DNA from: Pseudoalteromonas luteoviolacea
Lineage (GTDB): Bacteria; Pseudomonadota; Gammaproteobacteria; Enterobacterales; Alteromonadaceae
Direction of reading: 5' to 3'
Length of the DNA: 64,000 nucleotides
NCBI RefSeq assembly: GCF_001750165.1
Contig: NZ_CP015412.1
Location: 1,143,588 to 1,207,587, forward strand
Position numbers and translations under genes: made by a program. The notes beneath the pieces are model-generated. The model did not search any database. It was not told where the DNA came from and saw nothing but the letters and a program-made list of their open reading frames with translations. Shown in pieces: positions 20,309 through 30,199 of this stretch (the first letter of the stretch is position 1; the number at the start of each line of letters is the position of its first letter).

Positions 20309-21964
20309 TCAAAAGTCAGCTAAGCGCATGAAGGTATCACTAGATGCGTTAAATAACTCTGGCTGTCCATGTTTTATTTGTTTAAGTGACTCAATAGTTA
20401 GGGGCTGTGCACGGCCCTCATAGGCATCATCAGTGCCAAATAGTACCTTACTTTCAAATGTAGATAAGCTGAAATTGAGCCCGTCAAGGTGTGCAATGCA
20501 ATCTGTATTGGGTTGTTGCCATATATTATTCAAAAAGCTCTGCATTACATCAACACCGCAGTTGTTGCCCGTATCTGTATCTGCTGGGGACTCAAAAATA
20601 ACTGCATGTGCAGTTTGAGGAAACTCTACATAGCGTTGATTTGCATTAGTAGATGTGCGCATAAACTCATGTGCATAACTATGTGGGGTTTGTGGGTCTA
20701 AATCCCCGTTTAAAACAAGAGTGGGCATGTAATGGTGGATGTCTTGATATATAAATTGGTTACTATATTTGCTCCCCCATACATCTCTGTTAATTTGACG
20801 TGTGTATAACAAATCTGTTGGTATACATGATACCGCATCTTTACAGAACTCAAGGCGATCGGTAAGAGTTCGCTGCTCTTGGCTGATCTCGTTGTGCACA
20901 ATCAGGCTAGACAATACTTGAGAATAATTAAGTGGGTGTTTCGCTTTAATTTCCAGTAGTTCACGACCCACACCTTCAAATATAAATTGGTGCAAGTTAT
21001 TCAAAGCAATAACATCATCTTCATTACAGCGAGCTAGTCGGTAATATGCTGGCATGAGTGCGCCTTCTACTGAACGCATTAAAAGTAAAGTAGATAATGC
21101 TTGTAAGGTACCTTGTTTGAACTTGGTTGCGCTACAGTGAGACTGTGAGTAGACATTTTTTAATAATGCCTTAATGGTATTTTCAGAGTCACTGCCTAAC
21201 TTATTTTGACAAAGCGGATCTTGGTTGCAGTATTGAGTCAATTCATCAAAGATAGAGTTGAAGTTTTCGTCCCATAAGTCAAGGCTAAAGCCTTTGGACG
21301 GTACGATAGAATCGAGAATAAGTGCCTGTGCACCTTGGGGAGCGACTTGTGCAAATCGTTGTGCCCAAAGAGTGCCATAGGAAGCACCATAAACATAAGT
21401 TGGGATCCAATTCGTTGCCTTACTCTTATCAATTGAATAGGCTAAATCTTTGGCCGCGCCTGTTGTATTAAAATGAAAGAGGTCGTCTTGCCATGTTTGA
21501 TGTAGTGCTTCGTAACATGCTTGCTGATACTTTGCATAATCGCCTTCAAATTGATTGGGGCAAGCTAAATGTGTTGACCACCCGACTCCCCTGTGTTCAA
21601 GAATATATAGATCATAATCTTGTGTATATTGTGCAAGTGTTGTGTCGTAATGTTTTGTATAAAAGTCAGCTGAATAACCTGGCCCACCTTGTAAAAACCA
21701 AATTTGCCCTTTAGGTTGTGGGCGTTTTGCTGGGTATTTTGAAACTAAGATATCAATGAGTTTTTCATTAGGTTTATCCCAATTAATAGGTACTTTTGCG
21801 AATGAGCATTGGTTCCTGCCATCAGGGGTCTTAAAAGTTGAAGGGCATTCACCCCAATTAAAGTTGACGTAGCGATTGAACTCGGAGCTATTTGTGTGTG
21901 CATATACTTGAGTTGCACACCCAAGTAGTGATAAACCGATTAATATAGTTTTTACCTTATACAT
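20309..21964 (-). CDS. secreted alpha/beta hydrolase (peptidase S33 / tripeptidyl-aminopeptidase-like)
   Basis: 551 aa. Signal peptide. GxSxG nucleophile elbow (GASYG). HRGVGWS segment typical of prolyl aminopeptidase-like hydrolases. Confidence 0.55.
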   Translation of the reverse strand: MYKVKTILIGLSLLGCATQVYAHTNSSEFNRYVNFNWGECPSTFKTPDGRNQCSFAKVPINWDKPNEKLIDILVSKYPAKRPQPKGQIWFLQGGPGYSADFYTKHYDTTLAQYTQDYDLYILEHRGVGWSTHLACPNQFEGDYAKYQQACYEALHQTWQDDLFHFNTTGAAKDLAYSIDKSKATNWIPTYVYGASYGTLWAQRFAQVAPQGAQALILDSIVPSKGFSLDLWDENFNSIFDELTQYCNQDPLCQNKLGSDSENTIKALLKNVYSQSHCSATKFKQGTLQALSTLLLMRSVEGALMPAYYRLARCNEDDVIALNNLHQFIFEGVGRELLEIKAKHPLNYSQVLSSLIVHNEISQEQRTLTDRLEFCKDAVSCIPTDLLYTRQINRDVWGSKYSNQFIYQDIHHYMPTLVLNGDLDPQTPHSYAHEFMRTSTNANQRYVEFPQTAHAVIFESPADTDTGNNCGVDVMQSFLNNIWQQPNTDCIAHLDGLNFSLSTFESKVLFGTDDAYEGRAQPLTIESLKQIKHGQPELFNASSDTFMRLADF

Positions 21965-22135
21965 GAGAATCCTTTTATATATTTTGTAATATGGCGAGTC
22001 TGTTTTTTTAAACTCGCCTTAATATATAAATGTATATTTTTTGTAAAAATAACGTTTGATGCGTTTTATTTTTATACAGGTAGGTCGTTGTGTATGTATG
22101 ATGAGTATGGGGTGCATACTCAGGGCTGAGAGTCA

Positions 22136-22696
22136 TTAGTTATGATTCAGAAAGTCCAGTGCAAAGGTGTTTGGACCATCCGTAGTATGATAATGACCGG
22201 TTTTGAGGTTTTTTCCGCGGATAAAGAACTCGAAAATTGCAGATCGCAGAGATAAGTCTGTCAGCGGGTGGCCCGCTTCAATGTTATATCTAATGATAGC
22301 TTTACGCTTATTTGCTAAATTTACATCCGCTAAAATTCTGGGTTGTGTTGGCTGTCCCATATTTTCAGTTTCTTGGTTTACCAAAGATTGTGGCACAAAT
22401 ATGATATCCGCAAACTCCCAGTTCGGATCCTGCATCTCTAACTCTAATGTTAATACAGTGCTTATATTAGGTGTAGTTCTATCCTCAAAAGAAATAGTTG
22501 GATAAATTTGTAGGCTGTGTAAAAGCGCTTTCTCATGGCTACAAGGGTCTAGCTTTACTTGCCAGTATTTGTCATCAGGTTTAACAAGTTCTCGGTATTG
22601 TAAAAATGCCGTTTTGTTTTGCCACAATATGGCATCGTCTGATGCGTTAACTATAGGGTGTACACAGCGGTATATTGAATTTCGAATGTCACTCAT
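22136..22696 (-). CDS. hypothetical protein
   Basis: 186-aa ORF. No recognisable motif. Confidence 0.4.
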   Translation of the reverse strand: MSDIRNSIYRCVHPIVNASDDAILWQNKTAFLQYRELVKPDDKYWQVKLDPCSHEKALLHSLQIYPTISFEDRTTPNISTVLTLELEMQDPNWEFADIIFVPQSLVNQETENMGQPTQPRILADVNLANKRKAIIRYNIEAGHPLTDLSLRSAIFEFFIRGKNLKTGHYHTTDGPNTFALDFLNHN

Positions 22697-23175
22697 ATTT
22701 ATGTAATTTCTCTACTTTTTTAGGAGTGTAACAATTTTAAATTCAAAGTGGAGGTCAGTGGGTGTCCTTTAAGGTATGTACTTAAATAGTGAATTTTGTA
22801 TAAAAAAGTAACAAATTCTGGTGTGTAAATAAAAAAATTAATAATATTTTGTTTTATTAAATTTAATGGTGTTTTAACGTTGACACAACACACCATATAT
22901 ACCTAATATAGGTCCTCGTTGAGGCACAAGTTGAAGCCAAATTAGGGGAACCATAACAATAACTAAAACCCCGATTGACCAAGGTTTTTTTGCAAAAAGA
23001 AATTTTGGTATCCCATCAAATAATAATAAAAAGGGATGGTATTTCTTGGCCAGTATGGCAACTCCATTTTGGAGTTGCCATCGTTTTTCTTACATTTCCA
23101 ATGTACTTCTCTTGAGAAGCTATCTCATAAAACTGACACTTAAAAATGCATTAATAGCTCCAGACTCTTATCTTT

Positions 23176-23634
23176 TTGGAAGCAATTATGAATGTTCTAA
23201 ACTTAAAACCTGTCAGTATTTCACATTCAAATAAACTAAACAGTGCCTATGAATTGGTTGAAGACTTTCAATATGAGTATGATTGTAAAGTGTATTGGGT
23301 GCCCAAGTTTTTTCAATATGATGGTGCAAGCATTCCTAAAATGGCATATTACCTTGTAGGTACGCCGTTCAACCCCAGATATATGCAAGCCGCCTTGGTG
23401 CATGATTGGTTATATCATACCCATGAATTAGATAGAGTTTCTGCAGATGACCTATTTTATAGTATGTTGCTTCAGGCCGGAGTGAGGATGCCAACAGCTG
23501 TCATTATGAAGCGCGTGGTCGAACTATTTGGTAGTAGGTATTGGCATAATGACGACGCTGATATTGCTTACAAAACGGAGCTGGAAAAGCAGATATTGAA
23601 AGATGGTAGGAATCCAAGTGTTTATGGCTTATAA
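23176..23634 (+). CDS. DUF1353 domain protein
   Basis: 152 aa. Contains the DGASIP ... ALVHDWLY motif pair that I recognise as DUF1353, a domain often found in phage/defence-associated contexts. Confidence 0.55.
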   Translation: MEAIMNVLNLKPVSISHSNKLNSAYELVEDFQYEYDCKVYWVPKFFQYDGASIPKMAYYLVGTPFNPRYMQAALVHDWLYHTHELDRVSADDLFYSMLLQAGVRMPTAVIMKRVVELFGSRYWHNDDADIAYKTELEKQILKDGRNPSVYGL

Positions 23635-23697
23635 ACATACGCCATATGCGCTTAGCACCGACATAGAATTAAGCCGGTGCTGTGCACATGCTGGCTG

Positions 23698-24108
23698 CTA
23701 ATCTGTTTTTTGACGAACGTTTGATTGCTTTATGTTCAAAAATACTAAGCCAATGATCCCTGTCATTGCTAAGCCAGATAATAAGAATGGATCCATTGCG
23801 ATATGCTCATGAAACTTAAATTTGCCTGCCGATATGGATTTCCACCCCATAAAGTGTTGATTAGCCGCAACAACTGCACCAAAGAAACCTATTACAAGCG
23901 CTATGTATTTAGAAATCCAGTGTGATGCGCTTGGAAGAAGCAATAGTACGCCCAGTAATCCAATGACCGTGCGTTGTGTTCTGCAGTAAGGGCATACATA
24001 TACGACGCCAGCTAGCTCTACAGCCCATGCCGTAATACTAATAAGGATGGCTGCAACAGCAACAAATTTACTATATTTGATGTAAGTTTCTAATTGAAAT
24101 GGTGACAT
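23698..24108 (-). CDS. short DsbB-family disulfide oxidoreductase membrane protein (BdbC-like)
   Basis: 136 aa, four predicted TM helices. CPYCRTQR matches the DsbB/BdbC C-x-x-C-x-x-QR first-loop motif. Confidence 0.55.
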   Translation of the reverse strand: MSPFQLETYIKYSKFVAVAAILISITAWAVELAGVVYVCPYCRTQRTVIGLLGVLLLLPSASHWISKYIALVIGFFGAVVAANQHFMGWKSISAGKFKFHEHIAMDPFLLSGLAMTGIIGLVFLNIKQSNVRQKTD

Positions 24109-24347
24109 TTAAATACCTATAGGTTATGAAGCTAATACTGTCTTCATGGTTATTACTGTTACAGTATAACATTTTAACCAGTGCGATGGTAATTTTATTA
24201 CTCTAGGTAAATAAGGGTTTAAGAATATAAAATTCTTTGTTTTGTCGTTGCTGCTTCTTTGCTTAATTGAAAGGGGTTGTTGCTTTTTTGACTTTTTAGA
24301 ATTTAAAAGTAGGCCGAGATTAAACTGGCCTACTAGAGTAAGAATAC

Positions 24348-24662
24348 TTACTTGTTAAGATAACAAATAACAAGCTCATCCTTTGGATTATCTTGTGTGT
24401 CTTCTATCAAATATTTAGCTTGGATACTATTTTGGCATGTACACATATCATAGTAACTTGTGAGATAGGGCCTACCATTTTCATCTTTATCTGATTTTGA
24501 CACGCTGCATGTTGGTTCTCTCCAGCGTGCATCCCAACCGCTTTTGCCAAATGCGACTATTTTAATCTTATTAGAAAGCAACTTTGCGTTAATTTGGTCA
24601 GTGTTAGCTGATGCGTTCAAGGCGCAAAGTGCTAAGAGGCAGGTAATTAATTTTTTCATCAT
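24348..24662 (-). CDS. small secreted cysteine-containing protein, hypothetical
   Basis: 104 aa. Signal peptide ending ASA. Five Cys in the mature region. Confidence 0.4.
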   Translation of the reverse strand: MMKKLITCLLALCALNASANTDQINAKLLSNKIKIVAFGKSGWDARWREPTCSVSKSDKDENGRPYLTSYYDMCTCQNSIQAKYLIEDTQDNPKDELVICYLNK

Positions 24663-24912
24663 TCATCCTTAATAATTAACAGTATAGAGCTTTGGCTCTA
24701 TGTTGGGTTATTTTATTCCTGAAACTTAAAATGGCAAGTATTTTTATTTCCTTAAATTGCTCGGACCCAGTAATATTAAAATGAAAATCAGCTTTTATTT
24801 ACTAATAGAAAATATTGTGAGTAACAACAAATAACAAATTTAACTTGGATGTTTTATATACACTTGGCTATTGTAGTTAATTAGTTGCATTTTTAATTTA
24901 AGGATAAGTTTC

Positions 24913-26220
24913 ATGCGATATATAGCTTTTACTGGTATTTTATCAATTTTTTTGCTGGGTTGCGGTGGTTCTAGTGAGTCAGATACACCTAACTCATCAT
25001 ATCCTGCGCCTGTAAATTATGTGGTCTCAACATCATTTAACAAGGGTGGAGGAATATCTCCATTATCTTTCAAAATGGGAGCTTCAAACTCCAAAATATT
25101 CAAGATTGAGATGGAGCAAGGTTATGAGCTAGAAAACATTTCGGGGTGTGGTGGTGTTCTAAATGGGCACGACTTTAGTGTCAAGAATATAAATAAGGAT
25201 TGTACTATAGAGGCTAAATTTAAAGCTCATCAATATGCTGTCAATGTGGAAACATCAACAGGGGGATGGGTGGCTCAGCCTAATTATAAGGTAGCTCATG
25301 GCAATAAAGTTGAGTTTTTAGTTATACCAAATAGTGATCATTATATTGAGTCTGCAGTAGGCTGCGATGGTAGTTTGAATGATTTGCGCTATCAAACGGG
25401 AGCTGTCAAAGCTGACTGTACTGTTACAATTAAACTACAAAGCCATTTCCCACTCCCAGAGGAAGGGATCGAAAGGATCCGGTTACCTGTTGTTGTACAC
25501 GTGCTAGAAAATGAGTATGTTGAAATCAGTGATGAGCAAATTATTTCGCAAATTGAGGCGACAAATAAGCACTTTAGAGGGTTGAATCATAATGAGCTTG
25601 AATCAATTGATGATCAGTTTAAGCCATACATAGCGGACACTGGGATTCAGCTGTATTTAGCATCACATGATCCCAATGGTAACCCACATTCAGGCATAAA
25701 TCGTAAAGTTGCTAATTTGAGTGTAATTAGTGCTCAGCATTCTTACGCAAAGTCGGAAGAAGGAGGAATAGATGCTTGGCCAACTGATCAATATCTCAAT
25801 GTTTGGGTGGGTTATGCGAGGGATTTTAAGGGCGTTTTAGGCTTAGTTGGCAGGGCAAACATACCTGGCTTGGCTGATGATAGGGTAATTGGTGTGGTAG
25901 TAGCGGATACTGCATTTGGCATCATTCAGCCACGAGAGCCCAGATTTAATCAAGGCAAAACATTTACACATGAACTGGGGCATCTATTGGGTTTAATAGG
26001 GCATACGCATGGAATGCCAACCGATAAAAATACCCATAGCCATTTAACATGTGATGGTAAAGCGACCACAGCTTGCAAAAATAGTGACTTGTACATGAAC
26101 TTTATGAACTCGGAAGTAGACGACAGTGGTCAACTTATGTTTTCTGTAAGTCAGCGGCAAGTGATGGTGGAGTGGTTGACATCTGGACCATTGCAATCAT
26201 TGTATTTAAATACTCGGTAG
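24913..26220 (+). CDS. lipoprotein zinc metalloprotease, metzincin clan (M43 pappalysin/ulilysin-like)
   Basis: 435 aa. Lipobox LLGCGG. Extended zinc-binding motif HELGHLLGLIGHTHG (HExxHxxGxxH) in the C-terminal domain. Confidence 0.7.
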   Translation: MRYIAFTGILSIFLLGCGGSSESDTPNSSYPAPVNYVVSTSFNKGGGISPLSFKMGASNSKIFKIEMEQGYELENISGCGGVLNGHDFSVKNINKDCTIEAKFKAHQYAVNVETSTGGWVAQPNYKVAHGNKVEFLVIPNSDHYIESAVGCDGSLNDLRYQTGAVKADCTVTIKLQSHFPLPEEGIERIRLPVVVHVLENEYVEISDEQIISQIEATNKHFRGLNHNELESIDDQFKPYIADTGIQLYLASHDPNGNPHSGINRKVANLSVISAQHSYAKSEEGGIDAWPTDQYLNVWVGYARDFKGVLGLVGRANIPGLADDRVIGVVVADTAFGIIQPREPRFNQGKTFTHELGHLLGLIGHTHGMPTDKNTHSHLTCDGKATTACKNSDLYMNFMNSEVDDSGQLMFSVSQRQVMVEWLTSGPLQSLYLNTR

Positions 26221-26390
26221 TTAAGGGCTAGCTCAGCTTTTATCAACCCATCTCTAAGCAGTGGGTTTTTTGCATCACTTGAGAATGGTGACAAATTAAA
26301 CTTGATACTCGTGTAATACTTTGTAATAGTTGAGCTACAAGGACTTTTATATAGTTATTAATGTTGAATAACTTACAATAAAGACGTGCT

Positions 26391-26630
26391 ATGGATCAGA
26401 AATTTATAGAACAAATTAAGTATGAAGAGCGTGATTCTCAATCATGTGAATATGCTGAGTCAAATAAGCACTATATTAATGCCACATTGCTTCTGGATGA
26501 AAGCAACGCCTCAGATGAAGATAGAATTAAACTGTTGACACAGCTAAACTTGTACCGTCACTCTGCATCGATTGAAATAGAGGAAGTTGCAGATGGTGTA
26601 TTTAATATGCGCTTTGCCTTATTAAATTAA
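26391..26630 (+). CDS. hypothetical small protein
   Basis: 79-aa ORF, acidic. No motif. Confidence 0.3.
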   Translation: MDQKFIEQIKYEERDSQSCEYAESNKHYINATLLLDESNASDEDRIKLLTQLNLYRHSASIEIEEVADGVFNMRFALLN

Positions 26631-26863
26631 GTCGTACAGCAAGGCCTTGATTGTGTTTTATTGATTCTAGCCTCCCATTTCTTCACTTATAAACGAACGC
26701 TAACCTATAATGTAAATTTAATGTTTACATTATAGGTATTTAGCTTTAGATTAATATCTAAACAAAAAATAATAAAATGCATATCTGTTATGGATAAATT
26801 TCATTGCGACTTAATTTATACGCCGATTGATTAATTCGGCGTCGATGTTGTGGTGGAAGCTAG

Positions 26864-27646
26864 TTGCGGAGTTTAATAGCCTCAATAAAGAGGGGAGTCG
26901 TTATAATGCAGGATGGTCAATACAGTATTTCTTATAATAATCAGATAACTACTTCTCAAGATGATTGCAACAATGTTGTGGAAAGTAGCTATATTATCAG
27001 TGTTAAATCTTCTGAAAATGGTAGTTTGAACGTGTCGTTTATGCAAGGGTTTGACAGTTTCTTAGCTGCTTGCATTTGTCATGAAAATAATCGTGTTGGC
27101 ACTGAAATAAGTAAAGAAGATATATTCGATTTTATTATTTTTAATGACCCAGATTATGGTATGTATTTATCACAAGAAAGCATGCCTGATAATCGCCTAA
27201 TAATGGCATTAGACCGTGTTGCAGCATACGGAGAGCACACTTCGGAAGAGGTTTTTCAATTGCTTCAAACGCAGATGATTCGAGATATTTCAATCATCGC
27301 TTTAAAAGAATTAGACGAAATAAAGAACAACGCACAAATGACCCCGGTGGTAGGACAAAATAAAACAAGATTAGCTAAAAGTGAGCAAGGCGAAGCAGGG
27401 TGTAAGCTTTCAATATTAGAATTAAAGAAAATAATAGGAGAGCAACCTAAAGGAGATTATGAAGCACTGTTGAGCGATGCTTGGGAAGCCGTGCACAATC
27501 AAAAGTGCTATCAAAACACTGGCATACAGTATGTATGTTATGAGTTGGATAAGAGTGATTCCCTGGCTTATCATGAGTCCGTTTATCACTCATATACTCT
27601 CAAACAACATAAGCATATTATCAGAAGAATTGTCCGTATCGATTAA
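26864..27646 (+). CDS. hypothetical protein
   Basis: 260-aa ORF. No recognisable motif. Confidence 0.4.
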   Translation: MRSLIASIKRGVVIMQDGQYSISYNNQITTSQDDCNNVVESSYIISVKSSENGSLNVSFMQGFDSFLAACICHENNRVGTEISKEDIFDFIIFNDPDYGMYLSQESMPDNRLIMALDRVAAYGEHTSEEVFQLLQTQMIRDISIIALKELDEIKNNAQMTPVVGQNKTRLAKSEQGEAGCKLSILELKKIIGEQPKGDYEALLSDAWEAVHNQKCYQNTGIQYVCYELDKSDSLAYHESVYHSYTLKQHKHIIRRIVRID

Positions 27647-27732
27647 TCAAGGATGTTCACTATAAAAGTTACTGTTTCCGATTTTTATATCCTTTACAAT
27701 TGAACATAGTGTTCATTTAAAGGAATTTAAAT

Positions 27733-28317
27733 ATGTGGTTATCCAGCGGTACACTTGAAGGCAAGCTCGTCGTCTTGGAGCCTTTGTCAGTTACCCACTG
27801 TGATCTGTTAAAAGAGGCCGTAAGTGACGGTCAAAGTTGGCAACTTTGGTATGCAACTGTGCCTACTCCAGAGGGGATGCAAGCCTATGTTCAAAAAGCG
27901 CTTGAAGCTATGGAAAGTGGGGAAATGGCTTATGTTGTAAAAACCAAACATGACGGAAGAGTGGTTGGAACTACTCGTTTTTATGACGTAAAAGAAAAGC
28001 ACCGCCGAGCATCAATAGGCTACACCTGGTATTCAGACTCGGTGAAAAGAACCGGAGTAAATACTGAAAGCAAATACTTACTTATGTCTCACCTTTTTGA
28101 CACTAAAGGCGCGTTGTCTTTGGAGTTTAAAACGCATTTCTTTAATCAAACTTCTCGGGTGGCAATTGAAAAGCTAGGCGCAAAGTTGGATGGTGTGTTA
28201 CGAAGCCACCAAGTCATGCCTGACGGTTCAATTAGAGATACTGCTATCTATTCAATTTTGTCTCACGAATGGCCTGCGGTAAAAAATAATTTAAAAGCCA
28301 GATTACGAAGTAATTAA
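27733..28317 (+). CDS. GNAT family N-acetyltransferase (RimJ/RimL-like)
   Basis: 194 aa. GNAT fold motifs. Resembles ribosomal-protein-alanine acetyltransferase-like enzymes. Confidence 0.75.
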   Translation: MWLSSGTLEGKLVVLEPLSVTHCDLLKEAVSDGQSWQLWYATVPTPEGMQAYVQKALEAMESGEMAYVVKTKHDGRVVGTTRFYDVKEKHRRASIGYTWYSDSVKRTGVNTESKYLLMSHLFDTKGALSLEFKTHFFNQTSRVAIEKLGAKLDGVLRSHQVMPDGSIRDTAIYSILSHEWPAVKNNLKARLRSN

Positions 28318-28476
28318 TATTGTGTTGTCGGAGTGATGAGGACATTAACTCGTTACTCCAAAACGATCTACACCTCCAACTAACACACATCAATCTTAAA
28401 ATCATAAAGCCTGCTTATAATCGTTGTTGTACTCCATAACATGTTGTTATTCATATGAATATATTAATTTTACCTC

Positions 28477-28515
28477 GTTATAAATTGCTGTTATAAATTG
28501 CTGTTATAAATAGCG
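28477..28515. promoter_or_regulatory. three tandem 13-bp direct repeats GTTATAAAT(TGCT), each containing a -10-like TATAAAT
   Basis: gttataaattgct gttataaattgct gttataaatagcg read directly, 179 bp upstream of the first gene of the PspA-flotillin cluster. Confidence 0.4.
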
Positions 28516-28589
28516 GTGGTTAACTATGGCTCTTTGAGCTTTTGGCTTGAAGCGAGATAAGTAAACTTGCGTTTTTTTCAAAAATGTTA

Positions 28590-28609
28590 TTGACATATTA
28601 TGTCATGAC
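28590..28609 (+). promoter_or_regulatory. perfect -35 hexamer TTGACA followed by 8-bp palindrome GTCATGAC (candidate promoter/operator)
   Basis: TTGACA at 28590-28595. Palindrome gtcatgac at 28602-28609. About 85 bp upstream of the 28694 start codon. Confidence 0.3.
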
Positions 28610-28693
28610 GTGCAAATCTAAAGTCGTTAACTCATACAAACAGTTCGGCTTTTACTTACGGAAAAAGCCAATTAGATATAAGGAATCTGTTAT

Positions 28694-29104
28694 ATGGAAT
28701 TAAATGAGCTTTCCCTCAAACTCTCTCAGTATGAAACTGAAGGGGCCAGTTTTGAGTCCTTTTTTATCAACAATGTTGGACAAGAAGTTCTACAAGTTAT
28801 TGTTGATGGAAATGATGAACTTCCAATTTTTGTTACCCGAACAGAAGAGCAAATCTTGTGTATTTGTTATTTGTTCTCAGAGCAAGAAATAACTGCACAA
28901 AAGCAAGCTGAATTAAACGATACATTATTGCGCTTAAACGTACCTATGCCGTTGAGTGCATTTGCTAAGATTGACAATAAATACGCAATTTTTGGTGCGC
29001 TTTCTACAAATTCAACACTTGAGCAGCTTGGTCATGAGATTGTCACTTTATCTGCCAACTCGATAGATGCGTTAGATGCAATTAGTGATTATTTGACTGA
29101 ATAA
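28694..29104 (+). CDS. DUF2170 protein, YjfI-like
   Basis: 136 aa. Alignable by eye to E. coli YjfI (IFVTRTEEQILCICYLF / YAIFGALSTNSTLEQLGHEIVTLSANSIDALDAISDYL versus the YjfI segments recalled from memory). Confidence 0.65.
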   Translation: MELNELSLKLSQYETEGASFESFFINNVGQEVLQVIVDGNDELPIFVTRTEEQILCICYLFSEQEITAQKQAELNDTLLRLNVPMPLSAFAKIDNKYAIFGALSTNSTLEQLGHEIVTLSANSIDALDAISDYLTE

Positions 29105-29119
29105 TAAGGAGTATTAATC

Positions 29120-29812
29120 ATGAGTATTTTAAAGAAGTTATTTACTGCGGTTAAAGGTGGTGTGAATGAAGTGGGTGAAGGCATTGTTGACGCCAATGCA
29201 ATTCGTATTTTTGAGCAAGAAATTAGAGATGCCCAAGCCGCATTGAATGATGCCAAGCGCAGCCTAACAGAAGTGATGGCTAAGGAAATACAGACTACAC
29301 GCGCTATCAAAAGTCTCGATGAAGATATCGTTCAGCACGAAACTTATGCTGCGCAGGCACTTGATAAAGATGAAGAAACTTTGGCGCTTGAAATCGCTAG
29401 TAAAATAGCCGAGTTTGAGCAGGAAAAAGCAGAGCAGCAGCAAGTGCTCAATACGTTTGCGACTAATGTGAGCAAGCTTAAAGAGCAAATTAAGCAAGCT
29501 GAAAAAACCATTGTTGAGAATCAACGCCAACTAAGCATGGTTAAAACCACTGAAAGCGTACAAAAAGCAACCATGGCTGTGAATGATACTATGGCATCGG
29601 GTGACTCTGCGATGACATCTGCGAAACAGTCACTTGAGCGTATTAAACAGCGGCAAATGGACAGGCAAGATCAACTAGATGCAGCACAGCAATTAGCTGA
29701 TGAAAATAGTGATAAATCACTTAATGATAAAATGCGCGCAGCTGGTATCGGTGAAGAAGCAACAAAGGGCGCAGATGTATTGGCTCGGATCCGAGCAAAA
29801 CAAAATAAGTAA
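29120..29812 (+). CDS. PspA/IM30/Vipp1 family protein (YjfJ-like)
   Basis: 230 aa, all-helical coiled coil. N-terminus MSILKKLFTAVKGGVNEVGEGIVDANAIRIFEQEIRDAQAALNDAKRSL matches the PspA/IM30 family start. 16 bp after the yjfI-like gene. Confidence 0.85.
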   Translation: MSILKKLFTAVKGGVNEVGEGIVDANAIRIFEQEIRDAQAALNDAKRSLTEVMAKEIQTTRAIKSLDEDIVQHETYAAQALDKDEETLALEIASKIAEFEQEKAEQQQVLNTFATNVSKLKEQIKQAEKTIVENQRQLSMVKTTESVQKATMAVNDTMASGDSAMTSAKQSLERIKQRQMDRQDQLDAAQQLADENSDKSLNDKMRAAGIGEEATKGADVLARIRAKQNK

Positions 29813-29817
29813 CACGG

Positions 29818-30138
29818 ATGAGTGAAAATAAAAAAACTTGGCAAAAGCAAGAAAAGGCAGTTAGAGCTACACAGCTTGCTTTTGACTTAAGCTCCGAAGT
29901 GCAAAAATTTATTAAGAAAAACGCAATTGATGAGGAGCTCACCCCATCGGATATGATCCGACGGATCCTAGGATTAGAAATAAAATCAAAAAAAACGCGC
30001 CAAAGGCTTAGTTTTAATTTAAGCGATGAGGAAATTGGGCTGCTGGCGGAGCGTTTTGACATTGCTGATGGAGATAAGCGTATGGTAAAGCAAAAGGTTG
30101 CTGATTTGCTTATCCAGCATGTCAAAAACAGTAAGTAG
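29818..30138 (+). CDS. hypothetical small protein, possibly tandem ribbon-helix-helix-like
   Basis: 106 aa, starts 6 bp after the PspA stop. Segments KKTRQRLSFNLSDEEIGLLAERF resemble RHH beta-strand/helix starts. Weak call. Confidence 0.35.
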   Translation: MSENKKTWQKQEKAVRATQLAFDLSSEVQKFIKKNAIDEELTPSDMIRRILGLEIKSKKTRQRLSFNLSDEEIGLLAERFDIADGDKRMVKQKVADLLIQHVKNSK

Positions 30139-30199
30139 CGCTTTTAAAAAGAGTACATGTGGTTTGAATAGCCCCTAACTCATAGGAACACAAAAGATT

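Noticed and set aside
28477-28515. Short direct repeats considered as a possible CRISPR array
   Set aside because: Only three 13-bp units with no spacers of CRISPR size and no cas genes. Interpreted as promoter/iteron-like instead.
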